A DNA stretch of 64,000 nucleotides from an uncultured bacterium (GTDB lineage Bacteria; Bacillota_I; Bacilli_A; RF39; UBA660). The stretch lies in assembly GCA_945935525.1 (NCBI GenBank), contig CAMERI010000002.1:188482-252481 (forward strand), written 5' to 3'. This document shows, piece by piece, positions 1-11,500 of this stretch. The number at the start of each line of letters is the position of its first letter. The stretch's first letter is position 1. Position numbers and translations under genes: made by a program. Below the pieces are notes generated by a model. The model saw only the letters and a list, made by a program, of their open reading frames with translations, had not been told where the DNA came from and made no database searches.

Positions 1-47
1 ATATTTTCAATATCATATGTTTTTAATCTCTTCATTAGTTTTTTCAT
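1..47 (-). CDS. 5' end of a minus-strand CDS running off the window (MKKLMKRLKTYDIEN...)
   Basis: RC of 33-58 reads GGAGGTAGGCT-ATG (RBS then ATG at 47), followed by an open frame to the window edge. Confidence 0.25.
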   Translation of the reverse strand, partial: MKKLMKRLKTYDIEN

Positions 48-123
48 AGCCTACCTCCTAATTAAACATTATCATATATTTATATTTATTTCGACCTTTT
101 ATTTAATTGTGTTTAATTACTTT

Positions 124-1026
124 CTAATCAAGCATTTGACATCTAAGTATAAAGCTTTCTCTACTCTTGTAACTATAGATAAAATATATAAATGTTAGCA
201 TGAATAAAATTATATTTATAATTAGAAGTACATAACCATCTTGTATTATTTGCCATGCATATATGTCTTGCATAGTACAGTTTTCAAATACAACATTAAA
301 TTTCTTTGATAGTGTTATACCACCAAATATAGTTATGAAATAATTAAGTAGATAGTTTATGATAGTGCTTATTAGTAGACATTTTTTATAACTTTTTATA
401 TTCTTTAATAAAATTAGACCTATGTTAATTATAGATAAAGTGTTAAAAATAATTATTAAAAAATAATAAATGTATGTCTTATAATTTGTATAGAATGAAA
501 GCATGTTATCACCTATTTTACCTAATCCTATATCCATTAGAGGATTATAGTTAAAATTAGATAGTTTTAATGATATAAGTCCATAAATAATTAGAACTAG
601 AAGTACTAGAAATATATATTTATATGACTTTAATAGTATTCTTTTAACATAGCTTTTATATTTATGATTTTCTAAATACTTCTTAATGTAGTCATCATTA
701 TATTCTAAGTGAAGTGAATATAATATTGGATATAAAATTACTAGTGGAAGTAAATAATATATTATTATTTTGTTTATGCCTGTTCCTAGTAAATATCTAT
801 AATAGTAAAAGAAACTTCCTTGTTTTATATTTTTATCTAGTGCTTCGCAGTAATATTTATCTTTTTCTGTTAGTTCATCTATATTATTACATATTTCACT
901 ATTAGATTCTACATTCATATTTAGATATTGTTTTACTTCTCTATTGTTTTTAATACTTGAAGTGCTTATTATAATTAGTAAAATTATTATTACAAAATAA
1001 ATTATTATATTTTTCTTCATAGTCAC
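124..1026 (-). CDS. polytopic integral membrane protein, function unknown
   Basis: 300-aa ORF with many hydrophobic segments; first gene of a membrane-protein/GT2/hybrid-HK run. Confidence 0.5.
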   Translation of the reverse strand: MTMKKNIIIYFVIIILLIIISTSSIKNNREVKQYLNMNVESNSEICNNIDELTEKDKYYCEALDKNIKQGSFFYYYRYLLGTGINKIIIYYLLPLVILYPILYSLHLEYNDDYIKKYLENHKYKSYVKRILLKSYKYIFLVLLVLIIYGLISLKLSNFNYNPLMDIGLGKIGDNMLSFYTNYKTYIYYFLIIIFNTLSIINIGLILLKNIKSYKKCLLISTIINYLLNYFITIFGGITLSKKFNVVFENCTMQDIYAWQIIQDGYVLLIINIILFMLTFIYFIYSYKSRESFILRCQMLD

Positions 1027-1027
1027 C

Positions 1028-1717
1028 TCAAATAATTATTATAATTAACACTATTAATATGATTAATAAAGGTATAATCCATTTATGAATTAGTATTGAA
1101 TCTCTTATAACATGAAAGTGTGATCCTGAATTATTGTCTTCATATATTGTATCTATATCTATACATTTAAAATTTATTTTGTTTTTTGCGATGTTATAAA
1201 GAAAGTTCATTTCATATTCGTATCTGCTTCCACTAGTATTTAGACAAAGATCTTTATATTTTATATTTATTCCTCTTAGACCGGTTTGTGTGTCTTTTAG
1301 AGTTATACTAGTTTTTATTTTGAAAACAAATGATGAGATTTTATTACCAAATTTACTAGTGAATGGTACATTCTTTTTATTAAAGTTTCTTGTACCTAGT
1401 ACGATATCATTATTTCGTAGTTCTTCTTGAATCCTTAAAACATCTTTTGGACTATGTTGAAGATCTGCATCTACTGTTATGAATGCATCTGTATCTTTTA
1501 AACTTTTTATAGCTGTTTTTAAGGCTTCTCCTTTACCTTTGTTTATATCATGATAAATGATTTTTACATTAGAAAGTTCTTTATAAATCTTTTTTGCCTC
1601 TTCTGTACTTCCGTCATCAACTATTAAAATATCATTAAAATCTTTTTGAAGAAGACTTACAAGCTTTATTAACTTTTTAGTTGGATTGTATGATGGAATA
1701 ATAATAGTTACTTTCAT
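1028..1717 (-). CDS. family-2 glycosyltransferase (polyprenol-phosphate sugar transferase-like) with C-terminal TM anchor
   Basis: N-terminal IIIPSYN...DDGS and VDADLQH(S) motifs typical of GT2 (DxD type); hydrophobic C-terminus. Confidence 0.75.
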   Translation of the reverse strand: MKVTIIIPSYNPTKKLIKLVSLLQKDFNDILIVDDGSTEEAKKIYKELSNVKIIYHDINKGKGEALKTAIKSLKDTDAFITVDADLQHSPKDVLRIQEELRNNDIVLGTRNFNKKNVPFTSKFGNKISSFVFKIKTSITLKDTQTGLRGINIKYKDLCLNTSGSRYEYEMNFLYNIAKNKINFKCIDIDTIYEDNNSGSHFHVIRDSILIHKWIIPLLIILIVLIIIII

Positions 1718-1718
1718 G

Positions 1719-3497
1719 TTAGTCTCCTAGTAACTCTTTTAGTTTTTGTTCAAGTTCTTCTTTTTTGAATGGTTTTGGTATGTAGTCAGTAAAACCTGTT
1801 TTTATATATTTATTCTTTGATGTAGATAAAGCATCTGCGGTTAGAGCTACTACTTTAGTATTAAAGTTCTTGTTAGATTTTAATTTCTTTAATGTATCTA
1901 TTCCATTCATATCAGGCATCATTATATCCATAAGTATTAGGTCATAGTGTTCACCATTATTAATCTTATCTATGCATTCTATACCTCTTTCACAAGTATC
2001 TAGTTCTATATCATAAATATTTAATAATCTTTTAAGAATTCTATTATTAAGTCTATCATCATCTACTAGTAATATTCTTTTGTTAATAAACTTTGTTGTA
2101 TTAGTTTGTTCTATAGTTTCAAGTTCATTTTTTAATCTTTGAGGTATTTTAATAGTGAATACACTACCACTTCCATAATAACTACATACTGTTATAGTTC
2201 CGCCTAATAGGCTTACTAAATCTTTTGTTATTAATAGTCCTAGTCCATCTCTATCAACATCATTATTTATCTCATTATCTATGTCACTACCATTAAATAT
2301 CTTATTTAAGTCTTCTGATTTAATACCTATTCCAGTATCTTTTATTTCAATAATTAAATTACATATATCACTTACTATTTCACTATTTATAGTTAGAGAT
2401 ATACTACCTTTATCAGTATATTTAAATGAATTATCTAATACATTATTTATAATTTCTTTTATTTTAGTTTTGTCTCCAAATAAGTTTTGAGGTGTATTTT
2501 CAGAAATGGAATACTTAAATATTACATTTTCTTTATTATATTTTTTAATATTCATTTTGATTAGTTTTTCTACTGTTTCTTTAATACTATAATTCTTTTC
2601 TTTAAGATCATAGATTTTATTTTCAATCTTATTTATATCTATTACATTACCTACGATATCTAAAAGTGATGAAGATGAATCTACAATATCATTTATAGTA
2701 TCTTTAAATTCAGGTGGTAAATTATAATTCTTTATTTCATCTATAGAAGATATAATTGAAGCAAGTGGTGTTCTTAGTTCATGACTTATATTACTTAAGA
2801 AATCCGTTTTATTCATATTAGCCTTTAGAGCTCTAAGTCTTAAATTATTAATTATTTCATATTCTTTTAAAGCTGGATTTTCTATAGTTAGAAATACTAA
2901 GTATGTTATAAATAAAAGTATAGTTGTTATTATATTAAGTTCATACTTTAATTCTAAAAATGTACATATAGATAATAGTATAAGTGCTACATATATATAA
3001 TTACATTTAGTAATAGATATTACATTTCTATTAAGTATGGTTCTTAAAAATAAAATACATAACATAGATGGAAGTAATACTTTAAAAATATTTATAGAGT
3101 TTCCACTTAGATATATAAAATTAGTTGTATCTATATTAAGTGGTAAAAGTATAATAGATAAAGAAGATACTAATGTAAGAAGAGCATATAAAATCATTAT
3201 AGTTTTATTTAAAGTATCATCTTTTTTACTAATAAGAAATGTATAAACACTAAATATTGAGAACCAACATACTATAAATATTAAATATAGTTTAGTATAT
3301 ACTTCTAACATAACAGGTTTAAGTGTTAAAGTACTTAGAAAATTAATAATTAATTCTAAAATAAAACCTATAAGTAAACTAAGTGATAATATAAAGAATG
3401 TATTATTAGATAGTAAGTTATTTTTTTTCTTTATTTTAAAAACTAATATTAAAAGTAATGTAAACATTATACCTGTTATTATATATATTGTATTCAT
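1719..3497 (-). CDS. hybrid sensor histidine kinase / response regulator
   Basis: Multi-TM N-terminus; H-box SHELRTPL; HATPase motifs DTGIGI and GLGLLI; C-terminal receiver domain LLVDDD...DLILMDIMMP. Confidence 0.85.
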   Translation of the reverse strand: MNTIYIITGIMFTLLLILVFKIKKKNNLLSNNTFFILSLSLLIGFILELIINFLSTLTLKPVMLEVYTKLYLIFIVCWFSIFSVYTFLISKKDDTLNKTIMILYALLTLVSSLSIILLPLNIDTTNFIYLSGNSINIFKVLLPSMLCILFLRTILNRNVISITKCNYIYVALILLSICTFLELKYELNIITTILLFITYLVFLTIENPALKEYEIINNLRLRALKANMNKTDFLSNISHELRTPLASIISSIDEIKNYNLPPEFKDTINDIVDSSSSLLDIVGNVIDINKIENKIYDLKEKNYSIKETVEKLIKMNIKKYNKENVIFKYSISENTPQNLFGDKTKIKEIINNVLDNSFKYTDKGSISLTINSEIVSDICNLIIEIKDTGIGIKSEDLNKIFNGSDIDNEINNDVDRDGLGLLITKDLVSLLGGTITVCSYYGSGSVFTIKIPQRLKNELETIEQTNTTKFINKRILLVDDDRLNNRILKRLLNIYDIELDTCERGIECIDKINNGEHYDLILMDIMMPDMNGIDTLKKLKSNKNFNTKVVALTADALSTSKNKYIKTGFTDYIPKPFKKEELEQKLKELLGD

Positions 3498-3500
3498 TTA

Positions 3501-3974
3501 TTAGTTCTCCCTTGGTAAAGCTGGTGTAACAGTGTTTCTATCTTGACGTTTATTACATTTAATATCTTTGTAGTAATCAACATCTGATGCTTCTGTTTTA
3601 TCTACTATAGTATAAGATTCTTTATTAAGTACTAAGTAATCTTCTTTTAATTCATATTCTCTATTTATTGAGTCATTACTTGATTCACACATACTATTAT
3701 CATACTTCTTAGTTTCAGTACTTAGTTTATTATCTTTAATAGTATATGTTCCCTTCTCTAGTTCACATGAATATTCACAGTTGGCTATTACTACTACTCC
3801 ATCTTTACTAAGAAAAATTTCTTTTTTAATAGACTCATTTTGATAAAGATAATATGAGTCTTCTTTCACTTCAAATTTTGGGGTATCATTTGTGTTATTT
3901 GGTTTATTTTCTTTTTTGCCACATCCTGTTAAAACTAATAGAATTATTAATATTAAACTTATATATTTTTTCAT
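3501..3974 (-). CDS. lipoprotein, unknown function
   Basis: Signal peptide with lipobox LTGC. Confidence 0.55.
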   Translation of the reverse strand: MKKYISLILIILLVLTGCGKKENKPNNTNDTPKFEVKEDSYYLYQNESIKKEIFLSKDGVVVIANCEYSCELEKGTYTIKDNKLSTETKKYDNSMCESSNDSINREYELKEDYLVLNKESYTIVDKTEASDVDYYKDIKCNKRQDRNTVTPALPREN

Positions 3975-3996
3975 ATCGTCACCTATTTTAATTATA

Positions 3997-4023
3997 ACAA
4001 AAAGAATTCCAAAAAGGAATTCT
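3997..4023 (-). terminator. Rho-independent terminator after parC
   Basis: Perfect inverted repeat AGAATTCC-aaaaa-GGAATTCT, followed on the minus strand by a T-run. Confidence 0.5.
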
Positions 4024-6589
4024 ATATTTTAAATTCTTCGAAGAAATCACTCATTGTTAGTTGACTCTTAGTTTCTTTCTTTTCTTTTTTAACTTCAGGA
4101 GTCTTTGTTTCTTCTTTTATTTCTTGTTTTTCTTCTGCCACATCTTTAATTTCTTCGTTATTTAATTTTATTTCTTTTAGTTTAGTAACTACGAATATGT
4201 CTTCTATATTCTTTTTAGTTATTGTGCTTCCAACACTTTGTTTATCCATTATATTTATATCACTTGATTTCATATAACCTATGTCTCCATCAAGTATACC
4301 AAATATTGTTTTTGAGTTTGTGTTGAATCCTTTGAATAAGTTATATGTTTTTGATTTAGGACTCTTTATGATAGATGAACCTTTTTTAGCTCTTGTTGTT
4401 TTTGGTATTTCATCTATTTTAACTCTTTTAGCAGTGTTTCTATCAGTGAACAATGTTACATATTCTTTAGAAGTGCTTACTACGAATGCACTAATTACTT
4501 CGTCTTTGCCACTTAAGTTAATAGATTTGACTCCACTTGTTCTAAGGCCTACTACTGGTATTTCACTAGTGTTATATTTTAATGCGTTGCCTTCTTTAGT
4601 TATAACAAGTGTTTCTTCACCATTGTTTTTATTTATAGATATTAACTCATCATTATCTTTTAGTTTGAACATTGTGATAGGTTTTGTGTATCTTGATACT
4701 TCAAAGTCTTTAAGTACCATTCTTTTTACCATACCAAGTTTAGTGAATGCTGTAATAATTGTATCATCGAATTTAGCTACTCCGATAGATTTAACTACCT
4801 TTTCTCCATCACTAACTTTAATATAATTTGATATATGAGTACCTATATCTTTATATTTTGCTTCTTGTATTTCTCTTACTGGTAAGAATAAATAATTACC
4901 TAAGTTTGTGAATAATAATACAGTATCTATATTATTAATCTTATAGAAGCCTTCAATATAATCATTTTCTCTTACTCCTGGATATTCATTGTTAGTCATA
5001 TTATATGATTTTAATGATACTTTCTTAACATATCCATTATTAGAGATACATACTATAAAGTCTTCTTTACTAATCATATCTAGTGTATCTATTTTGATTT
5101 CACTTACTTCATCTTTAATAGTTGTACGTCTTGGATCAGCAAATTCTTTCTTAATACTTCTTAGTTTATCTTTGATAACGCCCATTAATTTTTCTTCACT
5201 AGCAAGTATTTCTCTAAAGTAAGCTATTTCTTTTGTAAGAGCATCAAATTCATTTTTTAGTTCTGTTACATCAGTGTTAGTTAATTTATATAGTTGCATC
5301 ATTACGATAGCTTCTGCTTGTGCTTTAGTGAATTCATATTCATGCATTAAGTTTTCTATAGCATCACTTTTGTTTTTACTTTTACGAATAGTTTTAATTA
5401 CTTCATCTAGTATATCTAGTGCTTTTATGAAGCCTTCGATAATATGTATTTTCTTTAAATCTACATCTAGATCAAATTTAGTTCTTTTAGTTACTACTTC
5501 TTTATTGTGAACTATGAATGCATCTAACATTTCTAGGATACCTAGTGTTTTTGGTGTTCTATTAACGATAGCAACCATATTAAATGCATAGTTTGTTTGT
5601 AAGTCAGTATTTTTAAGTAAGTAGTTTATTATTAAATCTTTGTTAGCATCTTTCTTTAAATCTATTACTATTCTAAGTTCATCATTTTTATCAGATTCAT
5701 CACGTACTTCAACGATACCATCTATTTTCTTATCTAGTCTTATTTCTTCAATCTTACGAATTATATTGCACTTTAATGTATCGTATGGTATTTCTGTTAT
5801 TACGATTTGATCTTTACCTTTTACTGATTCGAATGAGTATCTTGCTTTTACTACTACTTTTCCTTTTCCTGTAGTGTATGCTTTTATAAGTGCGTCTTTT
5901 CCTTCGACTATACCTCCGGTTGGGAAGTCTGGACCTTTTACGATATCCATAATAGTATCTAGTCTACAGTTTGGACTATCTATTCTTTTAATAGTAGCAT
6001 CTATTACTTCACCTAAGTTATGTGGTGGAATGTTAGTTGCATATCCTGCGCTTATACCAGTTGAACCATTTACTAAAAGGTTTGGAAAGTATGCAGGAAG
6101 TACTGTTGGTTCATAGCTATAGTCATCGAATGTAAGAGCCATTTCTACTGAATCTTTTTCTATGTCTTCTAAAAGTATATTACTTATTTTAGCTAATCTT
6201 GCCTCAGTATAACGCATTGCGGCTGGTCCATCACCATCTATTGAACCATTGTTTCCTTGCATATCTACAAGTATTACTCTTTGTTTCCATTTTTGACTAA
6301 GTCTTACCATCGCATCGTATACTGATGTATCTCCGTGTGGATGGTAATTACCTATAACGTTACCTACAGTCTTTGCTGATTTTCTGGTTTCTTTGTCATA
6401 AGTATTTTTGTCTTTGTACATTGAATAAAGTATTCTTCTTTGTACTGGTTTTAGTCCATCACGAACATCTGGAAGAGCTCTATCTTGGATTATGTATTTA
6501 GCATATCTACCAAAACGTTCTCCCATTATTTCTTCAAGGGCAAAGTCATTTATCTTTTCTATAATTGTTGTTTCTTTTTCTTTAGCCAT
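4022..6589 (-). CDS. parC: DNA topoisomerase IV subunit A
   Basis: GyrA/ParC N-terminal domain with active-site region; AMVRLSQKWKQRVIL resembles the ParC signature (AMVRLSQDWK) rather than GyrA's AMVRMAQDF; sits directly downstream of the GyrB/ParE-type gene. Confidence 0.8.
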   Translation of the reverse strand: MAKEKETTIIEKINDFALEEIMGERFGRYAKYIIQDRALPDVRDGLKPVQRRILYSMYKDKNTYDKETRKSAKTVGNVIGNYHPHGDTSVYDAMVRLSQKWKQRVILVDMQGNNGSIDGDGPAAMRYTEARLAKISNILLEDIEKDSVEMALTFDDYSYEPTVLPAYFPNLLVNGSTGISAGYATNIPPHNLGEVIDATIKRIDSPNCRLDTIMDIVKGPDFPTGGIVEGKDALIKAYTTGKGKVVVKARYSFESVKGKDQIVITEIPYDTLKCNIIRKIEEIRLDKKIDGIVEVRDESDKNDELRIVIDLKKDANKDLIINYLLKNTDLQTNYAFNMVAIVNRTPKTLGILEMLDAFIVHNKEVVTKRTKFDLDVDLKKIHIIEGFIKALDILDEVIKTIRKSKNKSDAIENLMHEYEFTKAQAEAIVMMQLYKLTNTDVTELKNEFDALTKEIAYFREILASEEKLMGVIKDKLRSIKKEFADPRRTTIKDEVSEIKIDTLDMISKEDFIVCISNNGYVKKVSLKSYNMTNNEYPGVRENDYIEGFYKINNIDTVLLFTNLGNYLFLPVREIQEAKYKDIGTHISNYIKVSDGEKVVKSIGVAKFDDTIITAFTKLGMVKRMVLKDFEVSRYTKPITMFKLKDNDELISINKNNGEETLVITKEGNALKYNTSEIPVVGLRTSGVKSINLSGKDEVISAFVVSTSKEYVTLFTDRNTAKRVKIDEIPKTTRAKKGSSIIKSPKSKTYNLFKGFNTNSKTIFGILDGDIGYMKSSDINIMDKQSVGSTITKKNIEDIFVVTKLKEIKLNNEEIKDVAEEKQEIKEETKTPEVKKEKKETKSQLTMSDFFEEFKI

Positions 6590-8502
6590 TATTTACCCCC
6601 TTTATAATCATCTTCAAGTGTGAATTCTACATTTTCTTCTATCCATTCTTTACGTACTTCTGAGTCATCTCCCATTAGGACTCCTACTCTTTTTTCAGCT
6701 AGTGCTTTATCATCTATTTTAATTTTAACTAATGTACGAGTAGCTGGATCCATTGTTGTTTCCCATAACTGGTCTGCATTCATTTCACCAAGTCCTTTAT
6801 ATCTTTGAATAGTGTATTTTCCTTTGAATGTATCTTTAAATTCATTTAATTCTTCATTTGTATTTATATATTTTTTATCTTTACCATATTTAACTAAGTA
6901 TAGAGGTGGCACTGCTATATAAAGCATTCCATGTTCTATTAAGTCTCTCATCCATCTATAGAAGAATGTTAGAAGTAATGTTTGAATGTGAGCACCATCA
7001 TCATCGGCATCGGTCATTATTATAACTTTTCCATAGTTTGATTCAGTGTAGTCAAATTCTGCTCCTACTCCTGCTCCTATAGCGTGAACTATTGTATTTA
7101 TTTCTTCATTTTTGAAAAGGTCAGCTACTGTTGACTTTTCACAGTTAATTATTTTACCTCTTAGTGGTAGTATTGCTTGATGACGTTTATCACGACCACT
7201 TTTTGCTGTACCACCTGCACTGTTTCCTTCGACTATAAATAGTTCGTTTTTATTATATTCTTTGCTTTGAGCAGGTGTTAGTTTACCAAGTAATACTTTT
7301 TCACGGCCACTCTTGCCTTTTCCAGCTCTTGCTTCTGCTCTTGCTTTTCTTGCTGCTTCACGGGCTAGTTTACTCTTTAAAGCTTTATCCATTATAGTAG
7401 TTGCTGCTTCTTTATTTTCTTCTAAATAATAAGATAACTTTTCATATACTATACTTTCTACTACTGTTCTTGCTTGAGGAGTACCTAATTTACCTTTAGT
7501 TTGTCCTTCAAATTGTAATAGATTTTCTGGTATTTTTAAACTTATTATTGCTGTTAAGCCTTCACGAGTATCAGTTCCATCTAATCCATCTTTACTCTTT
7601 AATAAGTTGTTACTTTTAATATATTCATTAAATACTTTAGTAAGTGCTGTTTTATATCCTACTTCGTGACTACCACCATCTACAGTTTTAACATTGTTAA
7701 CAAATGACATTATGTTTTCATTATATGTGTTTGTGTACTGCATTGCGATATCTACTTCAATACCATTCTTTTCTCCACTAAAGCTTATTGTTTTATGTAG
7801 TGGTTCTTTTCCTTCATTTACATATTCTACGAATGATACAAGTCCATTGTCATAACTAAATACACTATGTTTATCATCTTCTTCATCAATAACTTCCATA
7901 GTTAGTCCATTTATAAGAAAAGCACTTTCTTGCATTCTTTCACATATAGTTGTGTAACTGAATCTAGCATTACCAAATATTTCTTCGTCTGGGAAGAATT
8001 CAACAGTAGTACCAGTTTGTTTAGTTGTACCTATTTGTTTTAGTTCTTTATCTACGTGTCCACCATTTTTAAATGATATTTCACATATTTTACCTTCTCT
8101 ACATATAGTTACTTTCATCCATTTAGATAATGCGTTAACCACTGATGAACCTACTCCGTGAAGACCACCAGATACTTTGTATCCATCTGTTTCAAATTTA
8201 CCACCTGCGTGTAATACAGTGTAGATTACTTCTGGAGTTGATTTTCCTGATGAGTGTTTTCCAATTGGTACTCCACGTCCTTCATCACTTACTCTTACGC
8301 TTCCAATTTTAGTAAGTGTTACTGTTATTTTTTTACCATAACCATTGATAGCTTCATCTATTGAGTTATCAACAATTTCCCATACTAAATGGTGAAGTCC
8401 TCTTTTATCAGTACTTCCTATATACATACCAGGTCTTTTTCTTACTGCTTCAAGACCTTCTAATATCTTAATTGATTTTTCATTATATTCTGCCATAATC
8501 AC
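6589..8502 (-). CDS. parE: DNA topoisomerase IV subunit B
   Basis: GHKL ATPase plus TOPRIM domain; N-terminal SIKILEGLEAVRKRPGMYIGST is ParE-like; 1-nt overlap with parC. Confidence 0.8.
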   Translation of the reverse strand: MIMAEYNEKSIKILEGLEAVRKRPGMYIGSTDKRGLHHLVWEIVDNSIDEAINGYGKKITVTLTKIGSVRVSDEGRGVPIGKHSSGKSTPEVIYTVLHAGGKFETDGYKVSGGLHGVGSSVVNALSKWMKVTICREGKICEISFKNGGHVDKELKQIGTTKQTGTTVEFFPDEEIFGNARFSYTTICERMQESAFLINGLTMEVIDEEDDKHSVFSYDNGLVSFVEYVNEGKEPLHKTISFSGEKNGIEVDIAMQYTNTYNENIMSFVNNVKTVDGGSHEVGYKTALTKVFNEYIKSNNLLKSKDGLDGTDTREGLTAIISLKIPENLLQFEGQTKGKLGTPQARTVVESIVYEKLSYYLEENKEAATTIMDKALKSKLAREAARKARAEARAGKGKSGREKVLLGKLTPAQSKEYNKNELFIVEGNSAGGTAKSGRDKRHQAILPLRGKIINCEKSTVADLFKNEEINTIVHAIGAGVGAEFDYTESNYGKVIIMTDADDDGAHIQTLLLTFFYRWMRDLIEHGMLYIAVPPLYLVKYGKDKKYINTNEELNEFKDTFKGKYTIQRYKGLGEMNADQLWETTMDPATRTLVKIKIDDKALAEKRVGVLMGDDSEVRKEWIEENVEFTLEDDYKGGK

Positions 8503-8523
8503 CTAATCTCCATCTCATATTAT

Positions 8524-8564
8524 ACAAAAATAAACAAAAAGTGTAAACATTAACTTTACACTTT
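8524..8564 (-). terminator. Rho-independent terminator after the LRR surface protein gene
   Basis: 10-bp perfect stem AAAGTGTAAA / TTTACACTTT, followed on the minus strand by a T-rich tract. Confidence 0.5.
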
Positions 8565-8573
8565 TATTTACTA

Positions 8574-11500
8574 TTACTTTGCTCCCCAAGTGACACATCC
8601 GTTTGTTACATTACTTGTATTGTTTTTTACACAGGTTACGTCTGATGCCCATCCCCAGCCTGGTGAATAAGTTGTAAATTCATTACTCGATGATTTTCCT
8701 TGAATAGTAACTTGTTTTAAATTATTATTTCTAAATGCATCCCAAGATATTGATGTTATACTTTTCGGTATTGTTACACTTGTTAAATTATTGCTTTCAA
8801 ACGCATGACTATTTATTGTCGTTACTCCACTTGGTATGATAATATTCTTATTCTTTCCACCGTAACTTACTATTGTTGTTTTATCTTCACTGCCATCAGT
8901 ATTTCTTTTATAAATAAATGCTTGTGAATCTGATAGTTCATTATTATTGAATGCTTGTTCTTGTATTGACGATACACTATTTGGTATTGTTATACTTGTT
9001 AATTTATTATTTGCAAATGCTGAGTTTCCTATCGTTGTTACACTACTTGGCAGTGTTATACTTGTTAATTTATTATTTGCAAATGCGTAATTGCCTATTG
9101 ATGTTACACTATTTGGTATCGTAATGCTTGTTAAATTATTATTTGAAAATGCATAAATACCTATCGATGTTATTTTATTTGATAAAGTTACACTTGTTAA
9201 ATTATTATTTAAAAATGCATAATTTCCTAATGTCGTTACACTATTTGGAATTGTTAAGTTTGTTAACTTATTATCTGAAAAGGCCGAATTTCCTATTGAT
9301 GTAACTCCGCTTGATATTGTTAAACTTGTTAATTTATTGGCTCGAAATGCATTTTCTCCTATTGAGGTTACACTACTTGGAATTATTACACTTGTTAAAT
9401 TATTATTTTCAAATGCTGAACTTCCTATTGATGTTACACTATTTGGAATTATTACACTTGCTAAATTATTTTTTTCAAATGCTGAACTTCCTATTGTTTT
9501 TATACCATTTGGTATTTTAACTTCTTTATTTTTTCCACCATAACTTATAATTGTTGTTTTGTCTTCACTGCCGTCAGTATTTCTTTTGTAAATAAATGCT
9601 TGCGAATCTTCTAATTGATTATTGTTAAAAGCACTATGTCCAATGCTTTTTACACTCTTTGATATATTTATATTTGTCAATTTATTATTTTCAAATGCTG
9701 AACTTCCTATTGATGTTACGCTATTTGGTATTGTTATACTTGTTAATTCATTATTTTCGAATGCCCAATTCCCTATTGATGTTACACTATCTGGTATTGT
9801 TATACTTGTTAATTTATTATTTGAAAATGCATAAATACCTATTGATGTTACACTACTTGGTATTGTTATACTTGCTAAGTTATTATTTGCAAACGCTGAT
9901 CCACCTATTGATGTTACACTATTTGGTATTGTTATACTTGTTAATTCATTATTTTTGAATGTATAACTTCCTATTGATGTTACACCATTTGGTATTGTTA
10001 TACTTGTTAATTTATTATTTTTGAATGCTGAACCTCCTATTGATGTTACACTATTTGGTATTGTTACACTTGTTAATTTATTATTTGAAAATGCCGAATT
10101 CTCTATTGATGTTACACCATTTGGTATTGTTACACTTGTTAAATTGTTATTTGAAAATGCATTACTTCTTATTGTTGTTACACTATCTGGTATTGTCACA
10201 CTTGTTAATTTATTATTTGAAAAAACACCGTATTCTATTGTTGTTACACTATTTGGTATTGTTACATTTGTTAATTTATTATTTGAAAATGCATTACCTT
10301 CTATTGATGTTACACCATTTGGTATTGTTACACTTGTTAATTTATTATTTGAAAATGCCGAATTCTCTATTGATGTTACACCATTTGGTATTGTTACACT
10401 TGTTAAATTATTATTTGAAAATGCATTACCTTCTATTGTTGTTACACTATTTGGTATTGTTACACTTGTTAATTTATTATTTGAAAATGCATAACCTCCT
10501 ATTGATGTTACACCATTAGGTATTTCTACTTTTTTATTCTTACCACCATAACTTACTATTGTTGTTTTATCTTCACTACCATCATTATTCCTTTTGTATA
10601 TAATAGCTTGTAAATCTTCTAATTGATTATTATTAAAAGCTCCGTTTCCAATATTTTTAACACTCTTTGGTATATCTATATTTGTTAAATCATTATCTTT
10701 GAATGCATCATATGAAATATTCTCTATAGTATCAGGAATAATTACTTTCTTTAATCCTCGTCCTGCAAAAACATTTGAATAATATGAGCATGCATAGTGT
10801 TTTTTTTCTAATGATGTTATTTTTACTCCATTTACTTTTGAAGGAATTATTAATTCTTTAGGGCATTTATCATTTGTATTTGAATAATACTCTATAATAG
10901 CACTTCCAGATACACCAAAACATTCATCTGGTGGTACTATAAGATTCTCTATTGAATCTAATTTATTATCTTCTGTTAATTTAATTGTATTTGTAAATTC
11001 TGTTAGAGAACTGTCGATGTAAATTATTGAGTCATTTGTAATATTTGATTCTTTCTTTTGTGTTATTTCAATATTCTTTGTATCTAGTGTATTTCCATTG
11101 CTATCTTTTACATATAATTCGTGTTTACCTGAAACTATTCCCGATATTCTTACATAACCATTTTCATCGGTAATACCACTTTTTACGTCTGAATGTAGTT
11201 CTACTGTCATATTAGCAAGTGGATTATCATTTTGATCAACAACTCTTGTATACATAGTATATTCTGTTTGAAATGCTAGTTTTGTAGAATCTTCTATGTT
11301 AATTACACCATTAAATTTCTTTCCTTGATTGTAGTCTTGTGCTTTATTTAATTCTTTAAATTCGAAATTTAATGTTATAGTTTGTACTTCACCTGGATAT
11401 ATTATTATATTTTCAGATATTGCATTCTTGCTTGAAGGAACTGTTTTATTTTGAAAATTTATTGTCGCACAAGTATCAGTACTTGATTCACATTCTAAAC

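Noticed and set aside
4281-6116. Several 77-181-aa plus-strand ORFs antisense to parC, and similar ones antisense to the ADH, RNase R, enolase and rny genes
   Set aside because: They have low-complexity S/L/I-rich translations, no RBS, and are fully nested in well-supported genes on the other strand. These are AT-rich antisense artefacts.
4022-8502. Calling the topoisomerase pair gyrB-gyrA
   Set aside because: Subunit A shows the ParC-type AMVRLSQ(K/D)WK motif rather than GyrA's AMVRMAQDF. Subunit B's N-terminus matches ParE (SI(K/Q)(I/V)LEGLEAVRKRPGMYIGST). I therefore prefer parE-parC, though I cannot exclude gyrase without an alignment.
9311-10519. Six plus-strand ORFs of 68-164 aa inside the LRR gene (for example [17 protein letters not shown]…)
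   Set aside because: They are the antisense reading of the 69-bp tandem repeat; periodicity alone keeps them open. No RBS is present, and the minus-strand 1079-aa ORF fully explains the region.
8890-10560. Regular about 69-bp direct repeats that could be mistaken for a CRISPR array
   Set aside because: The units are contiguous with no unique spacers, they are imperfect, and all lie in one long in-frame coding sequence (LRR units). No cas genes are present.
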